64,000 bases of DNA from an uncultured Legionellales bacterium (GTDB lineage Bacteria; Pseudomonadota; Gammaproteobacteria; Eutrophobiales; Eutrophobiaceae), in NCBI GenBank assembly GCA_913045195.1, contig CAJWQR010000002.1, positions 13,209-77,208 of the forward strand, given 5' to 3'. Every line of letters begins with the position of its first letter. Within the stretch, counting starts at the first letter, position 1. The position numbers and the translations under genes were made by a program. This document shows, piece after piece, positions 49,967-60,837 of the stretch. Below the pieces are notes generated by a model. It did not search any database. It worked only from the letters and a program-made list of their open reading frames with translations, and was not told the DNA's origin.

Positions 49967-50421
49967 TTAGCTACTTTATTTTCTTGATAGGGATTTAGAG
50001 CGCCTGCATCTTCAAGAGCTTTTGCTACTTCCGGTGGCATATAATTTTCATCATGCTTAGCTAATACTTCATCAGCAACGAAGACATTGTCAGGCTTCAT
50101 TTTTCCATTAGCAACTATACCCTGACCCTCGCGAAATAGGTCAGGAAGAATTCCATCATATATTACTTTAATTTCATTAACTGTATCAGTTAGTACAAAA
50201 GTAACTTTAAGATCATTAGGATTTCGTTTAACACTATTGGTTAATACTAGTCCGCCAATACGAAATGCACGGACTTTTGGCGCTTCGCCATTAGCAATTT
50301 CTGTTGGGCTATAAAAGTACATTAAATTTTCTTCAAATGCTGTCAAAATTAATGTTGCAGCAATACTTATACCAATTAGAATGAAACTAACAATAAGTAT
50401 ACGTTTTTTTCTCGAAGTCAT
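49963..50421 (-). CDS. ccmE: Cytochrome c-type biogenesis haem chaperone CcmE
   Basis: 152 aa with an N-terminal anchor and the conserved haem-binding region ...VLAKHDENYMPPE. Confidence 0.85.
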   Translation of the reverse strand: MTSRKKRILIVSFILIGISIAATLILTAFEENLMYFYSPTEIANGEAPKVRAFRIGGLVLTNSVKRNPNDLKVTFVLTDTVNEIKVIYDGILPDLFREGQGIVANGKMKPDNVFVADEVLAKHDENYMPPEVAKALEDAGALNPYQENKVAK

Positions 50422-50433
50422 TGTTATTTATGC

Positions 50434-50586
50434 TTACTCTTTAATCTTTTTTAATTCATCTATTGTTTTGCGTTCATTTCTAATGGCCAGATAAATATTT
50501 AGAAATAGAACAATGAAGCTAATACCGTATGCCGACCAAACATAAGCTGCGTAACCGCCCATTGAGAAAAAATTATTTAATATCAT
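50434..50586 (-). CDS. ccmD: Haem exporter protein CcmD (50 aa; below ORF-track size cut-off)
   Basis: Minus-strand ORF MILNNFFSMGGYAAYVWSAYGISFIVLFLNIYLAIRNERKTIDELKKIKE with a single TM. It sits exactly between ccmC and ccmE. Confidence 0.6.
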   Translation of the reverse strand: MILNNFFSMGGYAAYVWSAYGISFIVLFLNIYLAIRNERKTIDELKKIKE

Positions 50587-50591
50587 ATATT

Positions 50592-51326
50592 TTAATTACC
50601 TAATATTTTTTTTACCCATGAAGAATTACATTCATATTTAAGTATTTCACTTCTTGTCTTAATCAGAACTGTCGTAATGTAAAAAGTTTTAAATGCTATT
50701 ACCATTAATATTAAAGGGATTAACATAGTGAAATGAATTGAGGGTTTGTCTAACTTTGTAATTGTTGGGCCCTGATGTAGTGTGCTCCACCATTCGACTG
50801 AATAATGAATTATCGGTATATTTATTATACCTATTAATGCAAGTACTGCTCCTGCGCGTGCCGCAATTCTTTTATCATCAAAAGCTGATTGTAGTGCCAT
50901 ATAGCCTAGATATAAAAATAACAATATTAGTTCTGACGTTAATCTTGCATCCCATACCCAGTAGGTACCCCACATAGGCTTTCCCCAGATAGCGCCTGTC
51001 GATAAGGCTAAAAAAGTATATGATGCGCCAATTGGCGCGCTAACTCTTGCTATGATATCTGAAATCTTAATGTGCCAAATAAGACTAATTGCGCCTGAAG
51101 CGGCAAGGACTATATATATAAAAAGAGACATCCATGCAGCAGGCACATGCACATAAATAATTCTAAAACTATCTCCTTGTTGATAATCTGCTGGCGCTAA
51201 AACTAGGCCTCCATAAAGCCCACTTATAAAGCAAACAATGCAGACAATAGTGACCCATTTAGATAAGCATAAGGAAATATCATAAAAATATTTAGGTGAG
51301 CCAAATTGATGAATCCACTTGTACAT
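50592..51326 (-). CDS. ccmC: Haem exporter protein CcmC
   Basis: 244 aa membrane protein with the WGxxWxWD motif (GKPMWGTYWVWDARL). Confidence 0.85.
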   Translation of the reverse strand: MYKWIHQFGSPKYFYDISLCLSKWVTIVCIVCFISGLYGGLVLAPADYQQGDSFRIIYVHVPAAWMSLFIYIVLAASGAISLIWHIKISDIIARVSAPIGASYTFLALSTGAIWGKPMWGTYWVWDARLTSELILLFLYLGYMALQSAFDDKRIAARAGAVLALIGIINIPIIHYSVEWWSTLHQGPTITKLDKPSIHFTMLIPLILMVIAFKTFYITTVLIKTRSEILKYECNSSWVKKILGN

Positions 51327-51330
51327 TTTA

Positions 51331-52005
51331 TTAACTTAATCGTATTCTCAAAGCAGCAGCGGTTGCTAATGGCGCTAAGGTGATTGTTAGTACAAGTATA
51401 CCGGCTAGAAAATAGACCTCGGCAATCATGGATTGGTTTGATGCTGCATTTTGTATTGCAACTGTAGAAAAAATAAGAACAGGCATTGATAAAGGCAGAA
51501 TCAAAAGATTAAGTAGCATACCACCACGTAAACCAATTGTTAAGGCAACCATAACAGATCCAAGGAGACTTAAGATTGGCGTTCCAAGAATCAATGTAAT
51601 GAAAAGCGCCATTATTATTTCATTTGATAATGAAAGAAGTATACCCATCAGTAATGAAATTATTATTAGAGGTATACCAAATGTTATCCAATGTGCAAAT
51701 ATTTTTGCCGACACAAGTAATGTAAGAGGATAGCGAGATAAAGTTAGTTGCTCGATGCTGCCGTCTTCAAAATCAGAACGAAAAATCGTTTCAAGCGTTA
51801 GACAGGTTGCTAATAAAGCGCTAATCCAGATCATTCCAGGTATTATTTCATTTACTATTGTTGATTTTGTGCCGAAGGATAATGGGAATAGCGTAATGAC
51901 AATAATAAAAAAAAATAATGAATTAATAAAATCTGTTTTATCTCGAAAAGCGAGAATTAGATCACGCCTTAAAATAACATTAAAAATATTTATATATTCA
52001 GACAT
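51331..52005 (-). CDS. ccmB: Haem exporter permease CcmB
   Basis: 224 aa, 6-TM ABC-2-type permease. Position in the operon. Confidence 0.8.
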   Translation of the reverse strand: MSEYINIFNVILRRDLILAFRDKTDFINSLFFFIIVITLFPLSFGTKSTIVNEIIPGMIWISALLATCLTLETIFRSDFEDGSIEQLTLSRYPLTLLVSAKIFAHWITFGIPLIIISLLMGILLSLSNEIIMALFITLILGTPILSLLGSVMVALTIGLRGGMLLNLLILPLSMPVLIFSTVAIQNAASNQSMIAEVYFLAGILVLTITLAPLATAAALRIRLS

Positions 52006-52627
52006 TATTATTTCCTAGATTAATGCTTTGTAATGGACGACCATTAATTTCCATTCTTTGGTGCGTAGTAAAGATAGTTATCCCACCATTATCGCAATGA
52101 CTAATAATTAAATTTTCAATTATTTTTTTTCCTTCTTTATCTAATGCATTAAACGGTTCATCAAGGAACCATAATTTTGACTTTGCCATAAATAATCTTA
52201 TAAGTCCTAAACGTCTTTTTTGTCCAGCAGACATATTGTATGCAAATATTTTGTTCATGCCCGACATACCAATTTTTTTAAGAATTGCAGAATAATTAAT
52301 TTTTGATTTTGATCCTGTTAAAGAATGAATAATTGTCATATTTTCTTCTACAGTTAACGTTGCTTTTATGGCATTAGCATGACCAATATATAAAATATTA
52401 CTTTGGAACTCATAACGCTGTTGATTAATATTTATATTATTCCATAATACTTCACCAGTGGTTATCTGTATTAGTCCAGCACAAATCTGTAATAAACTAC
52501 TTTTTCCACTGCCGTTTGCACCGTTAATCTGAAGTAACGCGCCATCTTCCATAGTCAGGCTCAGCCCTTTAAATAGAATATTATTTTGGCGGACGCATTC
52601 AAGATTATTGATACTAAATTTCGACAT
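51998..52627 (-). CDS. ccmA: Haem exporter ATP-binding protein CcmA
   Basis: 209 aa ABC ATPase with Walker A GANGSGKSSLL, the signature LSAGQKRR and Walker B LWFLDEP. Confidence 0.85.
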   Translation of the reverse strand: MSKFSINNLECVRQNNILFKGLSLTMEDGALLQINGANGSGKSSLLQICAGLIQITTGEVLWNNININQQRYEFQSNILYIGHANAIKATLTVEENMTIIHSLTGSKSKINYSAILKKIGMSGMNKIFAYNMSAGQKRRLGLIRLFMAKSKLWFLDEPFNALDKEGKKIIENLIISHCDNGGITIFTTHQRMEINGRPLQSINLGNNNV

Positions 52628-52698
52628 TTGTTTATTGTTTAATTATATTATTTTATTATAGTCGATATTCTACAGAATCTATGTAAGCTTATAAAATT

Positions 52699-53613
52699 AT
52701 GAAATCTTTATTTCTCATATTTTGCTTTATAATTTTTATTTCTGCTTGCGGCCAATCAAATTATGAACTAGCAAATACCGCTTATATGGCAGGCGATTAT
52801 GAGAAAGCATTTAGAGGATTCACTTTTCTGGCTAATGATGGTGATGCCAAGGCGCAATATTATATAGGTTTTATGCATGAAAATGGATTACATATAAACC
52901 AGGATTTTCAAGAAGCAGCTAAATGGTATAAGAAGTCTGCAAAAAAAGGTTATCCTAATTCTCAAATCAGGCTAGCTCAATTATATATTCAAGGAGCAGG
53001 AGTTGAGAGAGATTATTTGATGGCAATGAAATGGTCTCGCATGGCGGCAGTTCAGGGCAACGAAGAAGCAGAAGCAAGTATCGGTTATATGTTTCATGAT
53101 GGGATAGGCGTTAACCAGAATTACAGTGAAGCAGTAAAATGGTATAGAAAAGCTGCGGAAAAAGGATGGGCTAGGGCACAGCATGATCTTGGCGTTATGT
53201 TTCAAAATGGACGTGGCTTAGAAAAAAATAACAATAAGGCTATAGAATGGTATCGAAAAGCATCTGATCAAGGTTTTTTAGCCTCACAAGCCAATTTAAT
53301 TAATATGTATCATGAAGGAATTGGTGTACCAAAGGAGGATTTAAAAGCAATAGAATGGTTTTATGATTTAGCTGAAAACAAACATATTATGGCTCAATAC
53401 AAACTTGCTGAAATCTATTACTTAGGAACTAAAACTAAGCAAGATTATACGCAAGCCTACGCCTGGGCAGGTATTGCGGCAGCCCGAGGATTTAAGCCTG
53501 CTCAAGAAATTCGAGATAATGTGGAAATCAAATTAAACGCAAAGGAATTGGAAAAAGCTCGAAAATTAGCGAGAGAATACTGGAGTAAATATGGAAAGCC
53601 TAAAGAGGAATAA
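52699..53613 (+). CDS. Sel1-repeat (TPR-like) lipoprotein
   Basis: 304 aa. Signal peptide with a lipobox (ISAC) and about 7 Sel1 repeats (AQYxxGxMxxxGxGVxQDxxEAxKWYRKAAEQG...). Confidence 0.8.
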   Translation: MKSLFLIFCFIIFISACGQSNYELANTAYMAGDYEKAFRGFTFLANDGDAKAQYYIGFMHENGLHINQDFQEAAKWYKKSAKKGYPNSQIRLAQLYIQGAGVERDYLMAMKWSRMAAVQGNEEAEASIGYMFHDGIGVNQNYSEAVKWYRKAAEKGWARAQHDLGVMFQNGRGLEKNNNKAIEWYRKASDQGFLASQANLINMYHEGIGVPKEDLKAIEWFYDLAENKHIMAQYKLAEIYYLGTKTKQDYTQAYAWAGIAAARGFKPAQEIRDNVEIKLNAKELEKARKLAREYWSKYGKPKEE

Positions 53614-53994
53614 GCATTTACAAACAAGTCCTATAGAATTTTATGGTCGAATTATTAATGTACAAAATGAAAAAATAATAGAGAAATTAAGCTGAGAGTT
53701 GACCCGATTCGCTAATTGATAATAAAGGCAATGATTGGCGATTCGAACATTTTGAACTTTCTCTCTAATTAAAGGACTAAATGGTAGAAAAACCTAGAAA
53801 TTTTTAGTTATCTAGTAGTAAATGACTTGACATTAATTTGAAATACGAGGAGTATCGCGCACCCATGATTCTAAATTATATGACAAAACAGGTATTTATA
53901 TGGCACCGCAACGACCTATGCGGTAGCTACAGGCACCTGTGCGTCAATGGATTTTTAATGATCTAATAGTTTAAGAAACAAATATACCAATCCA

Positions 53995-54032
53995 AAAAGG
54001 CCGTAGGTGATTCACCAGCGGCCTTTTTTTTT
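53995..54032 (+). terminator. Strong intrinsic terminator (GC stem plus T9) with no upstream ORF
   Basis: AAAAAGGCCGTAGGTGATTCACCAGCGGCC followed by TTTTTTTTT. It lies about 380 nt beyond the Sel1 gene stop. Confidence 0.6.
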
Positions 54033-54077
54033 GCTTAAACATAACTGGAGGCTCATAAGAAAACATGAGATATTAAA

Positions 54078-54461
54078 ATGAGAAGTTTAATTGTCTATTC
54101 AATATGGTGGTTTATAGTATTATCTAAACCAATTGAGGTTTTGGCTAATGATTATACGACTAGAACCTATCCGGCACATTCTTGCGAATTATTTGCTGAG
54201 GATGCGTATCAGGCTGCTGATACTTATCGTCGAGGCGTTATACTAAAAGATATTCTCGATCTAATCGAGAATGCGTCTGTTGCTGACAGCATGAAGCATC
54301 GTGCATTTCAAGCAGTACAATTAGTTTGGAAAAATCAATTAGACAATCCTGCTTTGGCTTATAGTTTAGCTTTGGGTTTATGTTTGAAACCAAAGCAAGA
54401 GATGGCGCCTATTGATGACTTATGGGTGACCTCTCCAAGGACAAGTAGGGAATTCTTTTAA
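54078..54461 (+). CDS. Hypothetical secreted protein
   Basis: 127 aa with a signal peptide. No family recognised. Confidence 0.35.
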   Translation: MRSLIVYSIWWFIVLSKPIEVLANDYTTRTYPAHSCELFAEDAYQAADTYRRGVILKDILDLIENASVADSMKHRAFQAVQLVWKNQLDNPALAYSLALGLCLKPKQEMAPIDDLWVTSPRTSREFF

Positions 54462-54504
54462 TTAAAAATTAATTTTACACACGGACGTGTAATATTAAGT
54501 TTGG

Positions 54505-57500
54505 TTAATTATTATCTGGGGTATAACCGAGATTCGGAGAAAGCCATTTTTCGATGCTTTTTAAATTTAATCTTTTTCTTTGTGCATAGTTTTTAATTTG
54601 GTCACGGTTAATTTTTCCTAATCCAAAATATCTAGAATCAGGATGTGAAAAATACCATCCTGATACAGCGGCCGTTGGATGCATCGCAAATGACTCAGTA
54701 AGTTTTATTCCTGTATTTTCTTCAACGTCTATTAATTTCCATAGTAGTTCTTTTTCGGTGTGATCAGGACATGCTGGGTACCCTGGGGCAGGACGAATAC
54801 CCTTGTAAGATTCACTGATTAATTTCTCATGACTAAGTGATTCGTTGGGAGCGTACCCCCAATATTCTTTGCGAACCAATTCATGTAATCGTTCAGCAAA
54901 AGCTTCAGCGAAACGATCTGCCAACGCCTTTAGCATTATTGAGCTATAATCATCATGGTCATTTTCAAACTGTTTTATACGTTCTTCCATACTAAAACCA
55001 GCTGCAACAGCGAATGCGCCAATGTAATCATTCTTTTTGGTTTCTTTTGGAGCAATAAAATCGGCTAGAGCAAAATTACATTGTCCAGGTGGTTTTTGGG
55101 TTTGCTGTCTCAGAGAATGTATTGTAGTTAATAGATTATTTCTTTTTTCATTAGTATAGATTTCAATATCATCATAATTTACCGAATTTGCTGGAAATAA
55201 ACCGTAGACGCCTTTAGCAGTAAACCATTTTTCATTGATAATTTTTGATAACATAATTTGAGCATCATCATAAAGACGAGTAGCTTCTAGACCGACTATT
55301 TTATTGCTTAATATTTTTGGAAATTTTCCCGCAAGTTCCCATGCAACAAAAAATGGTGTCCAGTCGATATATTCTACTAACGCATTTAGTGGGTAATCAT
55401 GAAAAGCATTAATACCAAGTCTATTTGGTGTTATTGGCGAATAATCAGGCCATGTAATTTTTTTATGATTATTACGAGCTTCTTCGATTGTTAGCCAATT
55501 TATTTTAGCTTGTTTTCCTTTATGACGTTCCCGTAATATATTGTATTCCGATTGTATTTCTTTTGAGTAAGATTTTTTCATATCGGTATTAAGTAATTTT
55601 GTTGAAACACCAACAGCACGTGAAGCATCTTTTACATGAACGACAAGATAATCATAGTCAGGATCGATTTTAACGGCAGTGTGAGTTCTTGACGTAGTAG
55701 CCCCGCCAATCATTAACGGAATTTGGAATTCCTGGCGTTTCATTTCTTTTGCCACATGAACCATCTCATCAAGCGACGGAGTAATTAAACCACTTAAACC
55801 AATAATGTCTGCATTTTGCTCACGCGCAGTATCTAAAATTTTTTGTGCTGGCACCATAACCCCGAGGTCAATGATTTCATAATTATTACATTGCAATACA
55901 ACCCCAACTATATTCTTACCGATATCGTGCACATCACCTTTTACTGTCGCTAATACAATTTTGCCGTTACTTTTAATTTTTTCTCCACCTTTCTCAGCTT
56001 CAATAAAAGGGATGAGATAACCAACCGCTTTTTTCATTACACGCGCACTTTTCACCACTTGCGGTAAAAACATTTTACCGGCACCAAATAAATCACCCAC
56101 AACATTCATTCCATCCATTAATGGCCCTTCAATTACCTCAATTGGTTTTTTCACTTGTTTTCGTGCTTCTTCCGTATCTTCTACTATGTAATCCGTAATT
56201 CCTTTTACTAAAGCATGAATTAATCTTTTAGTAACCGTATCTTCACGCCATCTAGTATTCGTCTTCCTTTGTTTTGCTTTTCCAGTTGTTACTGTTTCAG
56301 CAAAGTCAACTAAGCGTTCAGTTGAATCATCACGACGATTTAATACAACATCTTCAATGTATTCGAGTAATTCTGTTGGTATTTCATCATATATACCCAA
56401 CTGACCAGCATTTACAATCCCCATATCCATACCTGATTGAATGCCATGGAATAAAAAAGCTGTATGCATTGCTTCACGAACAGGATTATTTCCACGAAAT
56501 GAAAATGACACATTACTTAGCCCCCCACTAACTAACGCATAGGGCAAATGTTTTTTTATCATTCGTGTTGCCTCAAAAAATGAAACCGCATAGTTGTTGT
56601 GTTCTTCCATGCCGGTAGCAATAGTTAAAATATTTGGATCAAAGATAATGTCTTCCGGTGGAAAGTTAACTTTATTTACTAAGATATTATATGAGCGCTT
56701 GCAAACCTCAAATCGTCTTTCAGTTGTATCTGCCTGACCTTTTTCATCGAATGCCATCACAACGGTTGCAGCACCGTAGCGTTTTACTAGTTTTGCATGC
56801 TTAATGAATACTTCTTCACCTTCTTTTAGACTTATTGAATTAACAATTCCTTTGCCTTGTATACATTGCAACCCAGCTTCAATTACACTCCATTTTGAAG
56901 AGTCAATCATAATTGGTACTCGACTAATATCAGGTTCTGAGCTAATTAATTTTAAAAAGTCAGCCATTAGGTGCTCTGATTCAAGCATACCTTCATCCAT
57001 ACAGATATCGATAATTTGCGCACCATTCTCAACTTGTTGACGTGCAATATCGAGGGCGGCCTCCATGTTCTCGTCTTCTTTAATTAATTTTAGAAATTTT
57101 GGAGAGCCAGCAACATTTGTTCTTTCTCCAATATTGATAAAATTAACATTACTTGTGATATTAAATGCCTCAAGACCACTTAATCGTTGCGAAATTTGCA
57201 CATTTGGGGGTTTTCTGGGGTTAATTCTTCCGACAGTCCCAGATATTTTTCTTATGTGATCCGGTGTAGTACCACAGCACCCGCCAACAATATTTAAGAA
57301 TCCTGAATTAGCCCATTCCTCAATATGTTTTGCCATTGAATCGGCATCCAAATCATATTCGCCAAACTCATTTGGTAGTCCAGCATTAGGATGGGCGCTT
57401 ATAAAGCAACTTGAAAAGCTAGAAAGCTCTTCAATATATTGACGTAAGTCATTAGGACCTAAGGCACAATTAAGTCCAACTGAAAGAGGTTTTGCGTGCT

Positions 57501-58203
57501 TAACTGAATTCCAAAAAGCTTCTGTAGTTTGGCCTGTTAGTGTACGCCCAGAAGCATCAGTTATTGTGCCTGAAATCATAATGGGGAGATTAATACTATT
57601 TTTTTCAAAATATTCGTCAATAGCAAATAATGCAGCCTTTGCATTCAACGTATCAAAAATAGTTTCCACTAAAATCAAATCGGCTTGACCATCAATAAGT
57701 CCTTTTAACGCCTCTGTGTATGTTGAAACAAGTTCCTCGAAATTTATATTTCGGTAGCCTGGATTATTAACATCTGGAGATATTGAGCAAGTTCGGTTTG
57801 TTGGACCAAGAACTCCTGCCACAAAGCGAGGTTTTGCATCATTTTCTTCGAAGTCATCAGCGACATATCGGGCTAGGGCAGCACCCTGCTTATTTAACTC
57901 GTAGACTAAATCTTCCATTTGGTAGTCAGCCATAGCAATAGAAGTAGAATTAAATGTATTGGTTTCTACAATGTCTGCACCGGCTTCAAAATATGCGCTA
58001 TGAATTGCTTTGATAATATCTGGCTGTGTTACTGAGAGCAGGTCATTATTGCCCTTTAAATCACATGGGTGTTTTTTAAATCGTTCTCCACGATAGTCTG
58101 CTTCTTCTAATTTGTAAGACTGTATCATTGTACCCATCGCACCGTCTAAAACTAGAATTCGCTCATTCATAAGCTCTTTTATTTGTTTAGATTTATTAAC
58201 CAT
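54505..58203 (-). CDS. metH: Cobalamin-dependent methionine synthase
   Basis: 1232 aa. Homocysteine-binding, pterin-binding, B12-binding (DxHxx[11 protein letters not shown]) and AdoMet-activation domains in canonical order. Confidence 0.92.
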   Translation of the reverse strand: MVNKSKQIKELMNERILVLDGAMGTMIQSYKLEEADYRGERFKKHPCDLKGNNDLLSVTQPDIIKAIHSAYFEAGADIVETNTFNSTSIAMADYQMEDLVYELNKQGAALARYVADDFEENDAKPRFVAGVLGPTNRTCSISPDVNNPGYRNINFEELVSTYTEALKGLIDGQADLILVETIFDTLNAKAALFAIDEYFEKNSINLPIMISGTITDASGRTLTGQTTEAFWNSVKHAKPLSVGLNCALGPNDLRQYIEELSSFSSCFISAHPNAGLPNEFGEYDLDADSMAKHIEEWANSGFLNIVGGCCGTTPDHIRKISGTVGRINPRKPPNVQISQRLSGLEAFNITSNVNFINIGERTNVAGSPKFLKLIKEDENMEAALDIARQQVENGAQIIDICMDEGMLESEHLMADFLKLISSEPDISRVPIMIDSSKWSVIEAGLQCIQGKGIVNSISLKEGEEVFIKHAKLVKRYGAATVVMAFDEKGQADTTERRFEVCKRSYNILVNKVNFPPEDIIFDPNILTIATGMEEHNNYAVSFFEATRMIKKHLPYALVSGGLSNVSFSFRGNNPVREAMHTAFLFHGIQSGMDMGIVNAGQLGIYDEIPTELLEYIEDVVLNRRDDSTERLVDFAETVTTGKAKQRKTNTRWREDTVTKRLIHALVKGITDYIVEDTEEARKQVKKPIEVIEGPLMDGMNVVGDLFGAGKMFLPQVVKSARVMKKAVGYLIPFIEAEKGGEKIKSNGKIVLATVKGDVHDIGKNIVGVVLQCNNYEIIDLGVMVPAQKILDTAREQNADIIGLSGLITPSLDEMVHVAKEMKRQEFQIPLMIGGATTSRTHTAVKIDPDYDYLVVHVKDASRAVGVSTKLLNTDMKKSYSKEIQSEYNILRERHKGKQAKINWLTIEEARNNHKKITWPDYSPITPNRLGINAFHDYPLNALVEYIDWTPFFVAWELAGKFPKILSNKIVGLEATRLYDDAQIMLSKIINEKWFTAKGVYGLFPANSVNYDDIEIYTNEKRNNLLTTIHSLRQQTQKPPGQCNFALADFIAPKETKKNDYIGAFAVAAGFSMEERIKQFENDHDDYSSIMLKALADRFAEAFAERLHELVRKEYWGYAPNESLSHEKLISESYKGIRPAPGYPACPDHTEKELLWKLIDVEENTGIKLTESFAMHPTAAVSGWYFSHPDSRYFGLGKINRDQIKNYAQRKRLNLKSIEKWLSPNLGYTPDNN

Positions 58204-58375
58204 GGTTTTTTATAATTTGATTTATCTTGATTTTAGTTGAGCTGCAATAGGATATCAGTTTCAAACATGAACTGTTAAGAGTTGTCTCATTTGGATATTT
58301 GTTGATACCGCGCTACGACAACACCATAACTGAGAAGTGCGGCTAAAGAAATTTTATTTTACTAGCTATTCAGGG

Positions 58376-58639
58376 TTATTCGACAATTGCGTGTGAGCTT
58401 TTTGGCCTAAGCGCAAACCAACCAATATAACCAACAGGCCAAGCAATCAGTGCTATTATTATACCCTTGGTTAACGCTAGTGCTGCCGCAATTACAAATA
58501 TAAGAGGCAGGATAGTTCCCTTTATTCCCATATCTCGGGTAGCTGCGTCACCATATATCCACAATATACTGCAGACGTAAACCGAACAAAGAATTATAAA
58601 AATAAAAACTTCTGTTGAATTGCCAAATGAAATAGACAC
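58376..58639 (-). CDS. Small two/three-TM membrane protein downstream of the MFS transporter
   Basis: 87-aa hydrophobic ORF, 17 bp downstream of and co-oriented with the OFA transporter. Confidence 0.4.
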   Translation of the reverse strand: MSISFGNSTEVFIFIILCSVYVCSILWIYGDAATRDMGIKGTILPLIFVIAAALALTKGIIIALIAWPVGYIGWFALRPKSSHAIVE

Positions 58640-58656
58640 GTAAATCTCCTTAGAAG

Positions 58657-60342
58657 TTATTCTTTCATATGATGTTTAGCATCAACAGGACGCATTGTTG
58701 CGTTCATTATTAATGCCACAAATAGGACTACCGCCATTAAATACATTGTCGTATTGTAGAGCCCCGAAGTTGGATCGACAGTGCCCGAAGGCGCTATTTC
58801 CATTAATTTATTTATGGTTACTGTTTTTGCAGTAACTAACTGGTCAAGCTGATTTACACCTGCTCCGAATTTTTCTTGAAATGTAGCTGGGTCAATTTTT
58901 CCCACCAGATCATCAATTGCATTTTTAACTGATATTTCTCTTAGGGATGTTATGGCAAGCGGCCCAAAAACTCCAGCGCTTGCCCATGCGGTTAATAGTC
59001 GACCATGTATACCGCCAACATACTTAGTGCCAAAAATATCAGCGAGATATGCAGGTATTGTAGCAAAACCGCCACCGTACATAGTGAATATCAGCATGGT
59101 TGCAGCGTAAAAATAAACTAACCAGACAACGCTAGGATTTACGCTGACTTGTTGTGCTGTATAGGGTATTGAGCAGTACAAAATAATCCCTAGTGTAAAA
59201 AATATCCAATAGGTATTTCTACGTCCAAGATAGTCAGAGGAGCTTGCCCAGAAGATACGACCGATCATATTGAAAAGGCTAATCATTAATACATAAGTTG
59301 ATGCAAAGGCAGCATCCACAATATGGGGGAGGGTGCTACCAAAAATCTCACTCATCATTGTTTTAGCTACACCTAAAACACCGATACCTGCCGTTACGTT
59401 AAAACATAAAATGACCCATAATTGATAAAATTGACGAGTTTTTAATGCCTCATCGATATGCACATGATGTTGAGTAATCATACTTTTCTGTTTATCTTCG
59501 GTTGGTGGTTCCCATCCTGCGGGCTTCCACCCTTCACGTGGAATACGATAACCAAATGCGGCACACAACATAATAACGAAGTAGATAGCGCCCAATGTAA
59601 AGAAAGCCTGAGCAACACCAACAGTGCCTGTACCAACAAGGTAGACTCCTTCAGGTCCGGGGGCATACATACCAGCCAGATCATTAGCTCCAACCACAAC
59701 AACTTCTCGTAGTTCTCCAGCAATTTCAACAAGACGTCTACCGCTCTCTGTAATTAATTCAACAGCATCAACAGCACCAAGATATTCTGGAGCTTTGTAA
59801 TATATTTTAATAAATGGCTCGATCATAAATTTAGCTATCATGGCGCCACCACCAAAACCCATAATAGCGATCCCCGTTGCCATTCCACGTCTGTCAGGAA
59901 ACCATCTGATTAGTGTTCCAACTGGCGAAACATAACCAAGCCCCAGCCCACAACCTCCAATCACACCGTAACCAAGGTACAATAACCAAAGTTCCCCGGT
60001 TAATATACCTATACCCCCAACAATAAAACCACCACCCCAACAAATGGCAGACACAGTTCCAACCATGCGAGGACCAACTTTTTCAAGCCATTTACCCCCA
60101 ACGGCGGCAGATAATCCGAGGAATACAATTGCAACAGTAAAAATCCAAACGACACTTTTTAATGTCCAATCATCAGCGGCGCTTGTGACAACACCAAGAC
60201 GTTTTATTAATGCAGGATTAAATAGGCTCCAGGCGTAAACAGAGCCTATACATAAATGAATGCCTAATGCAGCAGGGGCAATCAACCAACGATTGAAGCC
60301 TTCTTTGGCTACGATATGCTTTTTTGACAAAATATCTAGCAT
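58657..60342 (-). CDS. MFS transporter, oxalate/formate antiporter (OFA) family, with large central loop insertion
   Basis: 561 aa with 12 predicted TM segments and OFA-like N-terminal motifs (RWLIAPAALGIHLCIGSVYAWS). There is an insertion of about 130 aa between the two 6-TM halves. Confidence 0.7.
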   Translation of the reverse strand: MLDILSKKHIVAKEGFNRWLIAPAALGIHLCIGSVYAWSLFNPALIKRLGVVTSAADDWTLKSVVWIFTVAIVFLGLSAAVGGKWLEKVGPRMVGTVSAICWGGGFIVGGIGILTGELWLLYLGYGVIGGCGLGLGYVSPVGTLIRWFPDRRGMATGIAIMGFGGGAMIAKFMIEPFIKIYYKAPEYLGAVDAVELITESGRRLVEIAGELREVVVVGANDLAGMYAPGPEGVYLVGTGTVGVAQAFFTLGAIYFVIMLCAAFGYRIPREGWKPAGWEPPTEDKQKSMITQHHVHIDEALKTRQFYQLWVILCFNVTAGIGVLGVAKTMMSEIFGSTLPHIVDAAFASTYVLMISLFNMIGRIFWASSSDYLGRRNTYWIFFTLGIILYCSIPYTAQQVSVNPSVVWLVYFYAATMLIFTMYGGGFATIPAYLADIFGTKYVGGIHGRLLTAWASAGVFGPLAITSLREISVKNAIDDLVGKIDPATFQEKFGAGVNQLDQLVTAKTVTINKLMEIAPSGTVDPTSGLYNTTMYLMAVVLFVALIMNATMRPVDAKHHMKE

Positions 60343-60490
60343 GGCTAGAGAACCCCCTAAAAAATATATTGAAGATTTTTATTATTTATTATGTTTTTTT
60401 GAATCAGTTCTAATTGTTGTATATTAAATGACCGAGAAAGCACTTTATTTGATTGGAGATAGGATAAACAGTATTATCATTAATTGAAAG

Positions 60491-60700
60491 CACTAGGTGC
60501 CAACTGTTTTTTTAAATATGACAGTTGTGTTAAACGGGAAGTCAGTCAAATCCTGACGCTGCCCCCGCAACGGTAGACGAGTTAAAAATCATTCAAAATG
60601 TCACTGTACTAGTTGAAGTAAGAGAGTATGGGAAGACGAATGATTTATGTAAAACATACTCGTAAGCCCGGAGACCGGCCTTAAATTTCAGAAAAAACAT
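60491..60700 (+). promoter_or_regulatory. Cobalamin (B12) riboswitch
   Basis: AAACGGGAAGTCAGTCAAATCCTGACGCTGCCCCCGCAACGGTAGAC matches the conserved core (GGGAA...AAaTCC...GCnGnCCCCGCnAC.GTA). AAGCCCGGAGACCGGCC matches the B12 box (AGCCAGGAGACCTGCC) with compensatory changes. It sits in the 5' leader of a TonB-dependent receptor. Confidence 0.75.
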
Positions 60701-60837
60701 TCTGCGGGCGGCAGTATGGGATCTACTTATAAATTCTAGCAATAGACAATAGATTCAATACCTACCAGATTCTACTTATACCCGCATTAAATATCTACTT
60801 AACATTACACGGGCGGTGTATAGGAGAAGTTTTAAAC

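Noticed and set aside
53700-53760. tRNA-like TTCGAA motif (GGCGATTCGAACAT)
   Set aside because: No acceptor-stem or anticodon-arm complementarity surrounds it, and it cannot be folded into a cloverleaf. No tRNA or rRNA genes were detected anywhere in the window.
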